A program made the position numbers and the translations under genes. A stretch of DNA of 64,000 nucleotides from an uncultured delta proteobacterium (GTDB taxonomy: Bacteria; Desulfobacterota; Binatia; UBA9968). Below, piece after piece: positions 59,158 through 64,000 of the stretch; within the stretch, counting starts at the first letter, position 1; each line of letters begins with the position of its first letter. The notes beneath the pieces were generated by a model. It was not told where the DNA came from and searched no databases. It was given only the letters and a program-made list of their open reading frames with translations. The stretch is from positions 128,001 to 192,000 of the forward strand of contig CAVTUQ010000025.1 in the NCBI GenBank assembly GCA_963737905.1, written 5' to 3'.

Positions 59158-60354
59158 GTGACTAAGCGTTATCAAAGGTTCTATCTCAACCTGGCTGTGG
59201 CTATCGCCATTGCGGCTTTTGCCACATCGAGCCCCCTTGCGCTGGCAGCCGAACAAGCGGGTAGCTCGGCGTCACGAACCGTCCAACCTCTCCCCGGTAT
59301 GCCTCCAGTGGTGGACCCCAACAATCTCTACAGCGAAATCCGGTCAGATAAGCTCAGCTCTATTGTCGCGAAACACCTCCCGCGTGTCTACGTGCCTAAT
59401 CGTAGCTCCAATGACGTTTGGGTGATCGACCCGGCTACATTCAAAGTCATCGACAAATTCCGTGTGGGCGTTCATCCCCAGCATGTGGTGCCTTCATGGG
59501 ATCTAAGAACACTTTGGGTCAATAACAACGCGGAAGGGCGCAACGACGGCAGTGTGACACCGATTGATCCATTGACCGGTAAGCCGGGTAAATCTATTAC
59601 CGTCGACGATCCCTACAACATGTACTTTACCCCCGACGGCAACGCGGCCATCATCGTGGCCGAAGCGCGCAAGCGGCTCGATTTCCGCGACCCGCATACG
59701 ATGGCGATGAAGTATACCGTCGATACTCCGAATTGCTCCGGCATCAATCACGCCGATTTTTCCATCGATGGGCGCTATGCCATTTTCACCTGCGAGTACG
59801 GGGGAAGTGTCGCCAAGATTGACATGGTCGAGAAGAAAGTAGTCGGCTATTTGAAACTCTCAAAAGGCGGCATGCCCCAGGATGTTCGCATCTCACCCGA
59901 CGGCAAAGTTTTCTACGTAGCCGACATGAAAGCCGAAGGGGTATTCGTGGTCGACGGTGACAAATTCGTGGAGATCGGCCACATCAAAACCGGTCCCGGT
60001 GCCCACGGACTCTACCCGAGCCGGGATGGCACGCATCTCTATGTGGCCAACCGAGGGGTCGCTCGCGTGTATGGGCCGCCCAAGGGCAAAGGAAGCGTTT
60101 CCGTCATCGACTTCGCAACCCGCAAGGTCGTCACCAACTGGCCCATCCCCGGTGGCGGCAGTCCGGATATGGGCAATATCAGTGTCGATGGAAAACTGCT
60201 TTGGCTATCGGGTCGCTACGACGACGCGGTTTACGTCATTGATACGACCACAGGAGGAGTGAAAAGCATCCCGGTAAAGAAAGAGCCCCACGGCCTTACG
60301 GTTTGGCCACAACCCGGCCGGTATTCGCTCGGTCATACCGGCAATTTGCGCTAA
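59158..60354 (+). CDS. Exported YncE/YVTN-like beta-propeller protein
   Basis: Signal peptide ending ALA, and repeated blades (VYVPN..SNDVWVID, SPDGKVFYVA, LYVAN, VSVID). Confidence 0.82.
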   Translation: MTKRYQRFYLNLAVAIAIAAFATSSPLALAAEQAGSSASRTVQPLPGMPPVVDPNNLYSEIRSDKLSSIVAKHLPRVYVPNRSSNDVWVIDPATFKVIDKFRVGVHPQHVVPSWDLRTLWVNNNAEGRNDGSVTPIDPLTGKPGKSITVDDPYNMYFTPDGNAAIIVAEARKRLDFRDPHTMAMKYTVDTPNCSGINHADFSIDGRYAIFTCEYGGSVAKIDMVEKKVVGYLKLSKGGMPQDVRISPDGKVFYVADMKAEGVFVVDGDKFVEIGHIKTGPGAHGLYPSRDGTHLYVANRGVARVYGPPKGKGSVSVIDFATRKVVTNWPIPGGGSPDMGNISVDGKLLWLSGRYDDAVYVIDTTTGGVKSIPVKKEPHGLTVWPQPGRYSLGHTGNLR

Positions 60355-60369
60355 GCTTTAGGGGTTTCA

Positions 60370-62595
60370 TTATTTCCAGTTAATGACTCGAAGTATATTG
60401 GAGTAGTCATCGGTCCACAAGTCACCGGTGGAGCGGCCGGTGAGAGGCTTCCAGCGAGGATCAGAGAGGAACTCCGTGAGAATCGCTTGGCGGCGTGCCA
60501 TGACAACCCAACGGGATGGGAACTTGCCATCTTCGCGCTCCGCCTGTGTGGGCTGATCGTCGTGGCGCACCAAGGCCAGCAAACTGAGGTTCGAAGCCAA
60601 GCGATCCAAAACCGGCACCAGGTTCATGTAACGGTTTGAGATATGAAAAAAGAGAATGCCGTCTTCATCGAGTTTGGACAGATAAAGCTGGAGAGCCTCG
60701 CGCGTCAAGAGGTGAACGGGTATCACATCCGAGCTGAACGCGTCCAACACGAACAGCCGATATTGGCGATCGGACGCCAGGGCCAACGAGATTCTCGCGT
60801 CGCCTATAACCACGTTGATCTGCGGCGGACAGTCTCGTAGGAAGGTAAACAGATTCGCATCGCGAGCGATTCGCTCCACCAGGGGATCGATTTCGTAAAA
60901 CGTAAATTTCTGGCTCCGCGTTCCCTCACATGCGAGAGCGCCGGTCCCAAGCCCCACGATGGCGACGCTGCCGCTTCGGTAAGTCTTGGAAAACACCGAG
61001 AATACCTGCCCCACCGGTCCAGTTGGGTAATAATAGCCGCTCGGCTCAAGCCGTCTTTTCGGATCCGTTCTTTGGGTTCCATGAATCGTCGTGCCTTGAA
61101 ACAACAGATGGAACCTCTCCTCCTTGTCGACCATTGCCCGATAAACCCCGAAGAAGCTGCGATCGGCATACAGAAGCTCCCCATAAGGTCGAGTATAAAT
61201 GGTCGAAACCAAAAACAGCGCGACCATACCGAGTCCGAACCGTAAAGGTCGACAGGCGAAACTCAAGCACATTACACCGGAACCTCCGAATGCCAGAAGA
61301 TGGGCGGTTCGCGGCGCCAAGAGGGAATTGTCTCTTGACCATAAAATAATAGCCGCAACCACCAGCCCAAGTCCCGCGGGCAGCGCGACATCCAGCCAGC
61401 GGTCGGACTGAGTTTTCGGGTTCTGGCCGATGTAGGGTCGAGCGATCGCGGCGCCAATCATGGCCAACGGATACTCTTCGACTCCTTTGAAGATCAGAGG
61501 CGCCAGCAAAGCATTGAAAAAGCCACCGCAAACTCCACCGATGGAAATCCAAAGATAGAACTCCGTCAAATGGCGCGCCGGAGGTCGATCCTTCGCCAAT
61601 TCGCCGTGACAGACCAGCGCCGTCGCGAAGAAGGCGATCAGGTGCAGCGGCACGAGAATCCAAACGGGAGTCGTGGCTTGGACGAAAACCGTGAGCGCAG
61701 CAGCCAGCAACAAAAAGCCTTGCCTACGAACGATAAAAGAATGAGAGATCCAATTCCGCCGAGAAAAAGTCAGAACAAAAGACAACAGATACAGAGCGAG
61801 GGGAATAATCCAAAACAATGGAGCCGATGCAACGTCAGTGGTCACATAGGTTGTCACGCCCAAGAGCAAACTCGATGGTACCAAAGCGAGCACGACCCAG
61901 CGCATTCGCCGCTCAAAGGTCAAATCGCTGGAGTTCATCCGCAGTGACTCCCCACCATTCGTCTCTGCAGTATGATTTGGCAAATCTTCATCCGCGGGGG
62001 CGAAGAAAGATCGCCACAAGACCAAAACACAAGTCGATATGAACGCTACGAGAGCAAGGTAGCCATAAAACCAACTGCGGCTTTGTTCGGCGAGGCTAAA
62101 ATAGGGTTCTAAGACCGCAGGGTATGCAAGTAAGCCAACCATGCTCCCGAGGTTGCTGGCGGCGTAGAGAAAGTAAGGATCGCGCGCCACGGGATGGGCC
62201 GTGCTCGCAAACCACTTTTGGAGCAGGGGCGAGCCCGCAGAAAGCACAAAAAATGGGAAACCCACTGCCGCGAACAACACGGATAGAACCAGCTTCGCCG
62301 GTTGATCGACGGAAACGGAAAACCACTGATGGGGAATGAAGACGGGCAGGAACGAGACGGCAAAGAGCACCATTGTTAGATGCACAATCGCGTGTCGCTT
62401 GGTTCCAAGCCAGGTACTTCCCAAATGGGCATAGAGATAACCCGCCAGCAACAATGCCTGAAAGAAAAAAAGGCTCATGTTCCACACCGCCGGTGATCCG
62501 CCCAAGAAGGGCAAGATCATCTTGGCGATCATCGGCTGAATCAAAAACAGGAGAGCCGCGTTGACGAAGATCGTTATGGAGTAAACCAGAAACAC
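60370..62595 (-). CDS. Membrane-fused spermidine synthase-like SAM-fold protein
   Basis: Many TM helices (LLP.LGG...W-like, PY.LYA.SN.GS), then RSFFG, VGLGTG, YEIDP, GDAR, LDAFS, HLLT.EA, WTDD. Confidence 0.88.
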   Translation of the reverse strand: MFLVYSITIFVNAALLFLIQPMIAKMILPFLGGSPAVWNMSLFFFQALLLAGYLYAHLGSTWLGTKRHAIVHLTMVLFAVSFLPVFIPHQWFSVSVDQPAKLVLSVLFAAVGFPFFVLSAGSPLLQKWFASTAHPVARDPYFLYAASNLGSMVGLLAYPAVLEPYFSLAEQSRSWFYGYLALVAFISTCVLVLWRSFFAPADEDLPNHTAETNGGESLRMNSSDLTFERRMRWVVLALVPSSLLLGVTTYVTTDVASAPLFWIIPLALYLLSFVLTFSRRNWISHSFIVRRQGFLLLAAALTVFVQATTPVWILVPLHLIAFFATALVCHGELAKDRPPARHLTEFYLWISIGGVCGGFFNALLAPLIFKGVEEYPLAMIGAAIARPYIGQNPKTQSDRWLDVALPAGLGLVVAAIILWSRDNSLLAPRTAHLLAFGGSGVMCLSFACRPLRFGLGMVALFLVSTIYTRPYGELLYADRSFFGVYRAMVDKEERFHLLFQGTTIHGTQRTDPKRRLEPSGYYYPTGPVGQVFSVFSKTYRSGSVAIVGLGTGALACEGTRSQKFTFYEIDPLVERIARDANLFTFLRDCPPQINVVIGDARISLALASDRQYRLFVLDAFSSDVIPVHLLTREALQLYLSKLDEDGILFFHISNRYMNLVPVLDRLASNLSLLALVRHDDQPTQAEREDGKFPSRWVVMARRQAILTEFLSDPRWKPLTGRSTGDLWTDDYSNILRVINWK

Positions 62596-63022
62596 GTGTA
62601 AACCAACCTAGACCGGGCGGTGCTTGCTGCTGCGCTGGATCGCTAGGGCATTTTGAAGGAACACGTCAAGATCGGATTTTTGAGCAATGAATGTGCCAAT
62701 TTTTAGCCTCGATGGAGCAAAAGGTTTTCAAACTCGAAAGAAACACGAGAGACTAGCGGTAACCGGGGAAACTGGCTGAGCGATGGGATGCCAGAAGAAA
62801 CTGCCGAGCATCCCTGGCAAGACTTGTTCGGACCGGATACAAAAAATGTACGTCCGGCTTGCTTGCTATGTTCATTTCTGTGCTGCATCCGCCCTTATGA
62901 ATCCCGCAGGCTAAAATGTTTTATCAGCCATCTTGTTGCGTTATTGCATTGACAATCAGCGTGACACTTGGCTAAAGATGGGCCTGTCCTAAGTGCGATC
63001 ATTCTGGATGTTGGGAGAGAAC

Positions 63023-63220
63023 ATGGCACAAGAAATTACGCTGGCGGAATTGAAGGCGATGGCACAGCGGTCGGAATTGCCATTGGCCGACCAAGAACTA
63101 GAAAGGCTGCTTCCAGGGGTCAATCATACCTACCATCAGACACGGGAACTTCGCAGACTCATCACGGATCGCACCGAGCCGGCAGCCGCTTTTGTCGCTT
63201 GGCAAATTGAAAACAGGTAG
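63023..63220 (+). CDS. Small AtzG/GatC-like amidase accessory protein
   Basis: 65 aa helical protein ending ...TEPAAAF, GGAG RBS, directly upstream of an amidase gene. Confidence 0.65.
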   Translation: MAQEITLAELKAMAQRSELPLADQELERLLPGVNHTYHQTRELRRLITDRTEPAAAFVAWQIENR

Positions 63221-63227
63221 TTGACCC

Positions 63228-63857
63228 ATGATACCAACCGAGCTGTCTTATCTTGATATAATAGAAGCTTCGATGAAAACAGGGGGACTGAACCAGAAAC
63301 TGAAAGGCTTTTCGACGACGCCTTGAAGACATTGGAAAGCCTTGGTGTCACTGTCGTTGAAATTGACGGACGACCCTTTTCATTGGCCCGTAAAGCGAAC
63401 CAGACAATTCTTGTCGCGGAAGCCTATGCCTATCACGAAAAGCGATTTCAAGAAGCGCCGCAGAAATTCGGCAGTTCCGTTCGAAGACGAATGCTCGAAG
63501 GCGCCTTTCTGAGTGCGGCGGATTACATAAGCGCTCTGCGAGCCCGAACCGCCTTGAATGAGCAAATTCGTGCAAACTTCTCCCGGGTGGATGTTTTCGC
63601 CACGCCGACTGCGCCGCGTCCACCTGAGGCCTTTGAAGCCATAGACCCAAATGAACAGAACCTGCGCCCGAGCTTTACCAATCCCTTTTAATCTGACGGG
63701 ACTGCCGGCCATTTCCCTCCCCTGCGGCTTTACCAAGGACAACCTGCCAGTCGGCCTGCAGATCGTTGCACAGCCCTTTAGGGAAAGTACCGCGTTTCGG
63801 GTCGCCTACGCATACGAGCAGGGAACAGAGTGGCATAGGCACAGACCGAAACTATGA
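63228..63857 (+). pseudogene. Amidase (AS family) with a large internal deletion and a frameshift
   Basis: MIPTELSYLDIIEAS is joined out of frame to FDENRG...ALKTLESLG. The Lys/GGSS/TDTGGS signature is absent. An extra T at 63686-63689 precedes NLTGLPAISLPCGF...LPVGLQ. Confidence 0.85.
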
Positions 63858-63892
63858 GCAGCACCCATAGAAATTTGAAATTGCCATTCTAG

Positions 63893-64000
63893 TTAAGTAT
63901 CGTTGAAAATCTGGAAATACATTTCCGCCAACGCTGGCTCCATGGTTTTCGCAGCCGCCATTTCTCGCTCAATCGCAGGATTGAGCCGCTCGCGGGCTTT
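63893..64000 (-). CDS. 3' end of a gene entering from beyond the window
   Basis: Open frame KARERLNPAIEREMAAAKTMEPALAEMYFQIFNDT*. Too short to assign. Confidence 0.45.
   Translation of the reverse strand, partial: KARERLNPAIEREMAAAKTMEPALAEMYFQIFNDT

Noticed and set aside
62596-63022. Small ORFs or an ncRNA in the gap between the spermidine synthase-like gene and the AtzG-like gene
   Set aside because: Short ORFs exist on both strands but have no convincing RBS or motif, and I recognised no RNA structure.

Overview
A moderately GC-rich, gene-dense bacterial chromosome segment. Gene content and order (carD-ispD, DUF1844-degP, class II RNR, several Mo-hydroxylases, amidohydrolases and ABC transporters) suggest a deltaproteobacterium-like soil lineage such as Candidatus Binatota, but this is inference only. 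Housekeeping genes include pnp (partial), rpsO, nrdJ with tandem NrdR boxes, dciA, mlaEFD, mutM, rsmA, tsaD, PBP1b, degP, cysK, larE, ispD, carD, rimI, tRNA-Cys, grxC, coaE, efp, a glutamate dehydrogenase, pncA and sfsA. Two accessory catabolic loci stand out. (1) A FadR-controlled three-subunit 2-oxoacid:ferredoxin oxidoreductase with oxalate-oxidoreductase hallmarks (YPIRP, no CoA-binding P-loop) but an altered switch loop. (2) A divergent GntR locus coupling a cyclic amidohydrolase and a three-subunit Mo-hydroxylase to a two-ATPase ABC module and a UbiD decarboxylase. Other notable items are a ferredoxin-transmembrane-alpha-crystallin-like fusion protein, an LpoP-like TPR lipoprotein behind PBP1b, a promoter with a G9 spacer feeding a terminated leader, a family of TTGAAC intergenic micro-repeats, an EF-P with Asn at the tip, and several broken genes. 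Some breaks are single-base homopolymer indels that may be sequencing errors. No CRISPR array, rRNA, prophage or IS element was seen. All family assignments come from motif recognition, not database searches.
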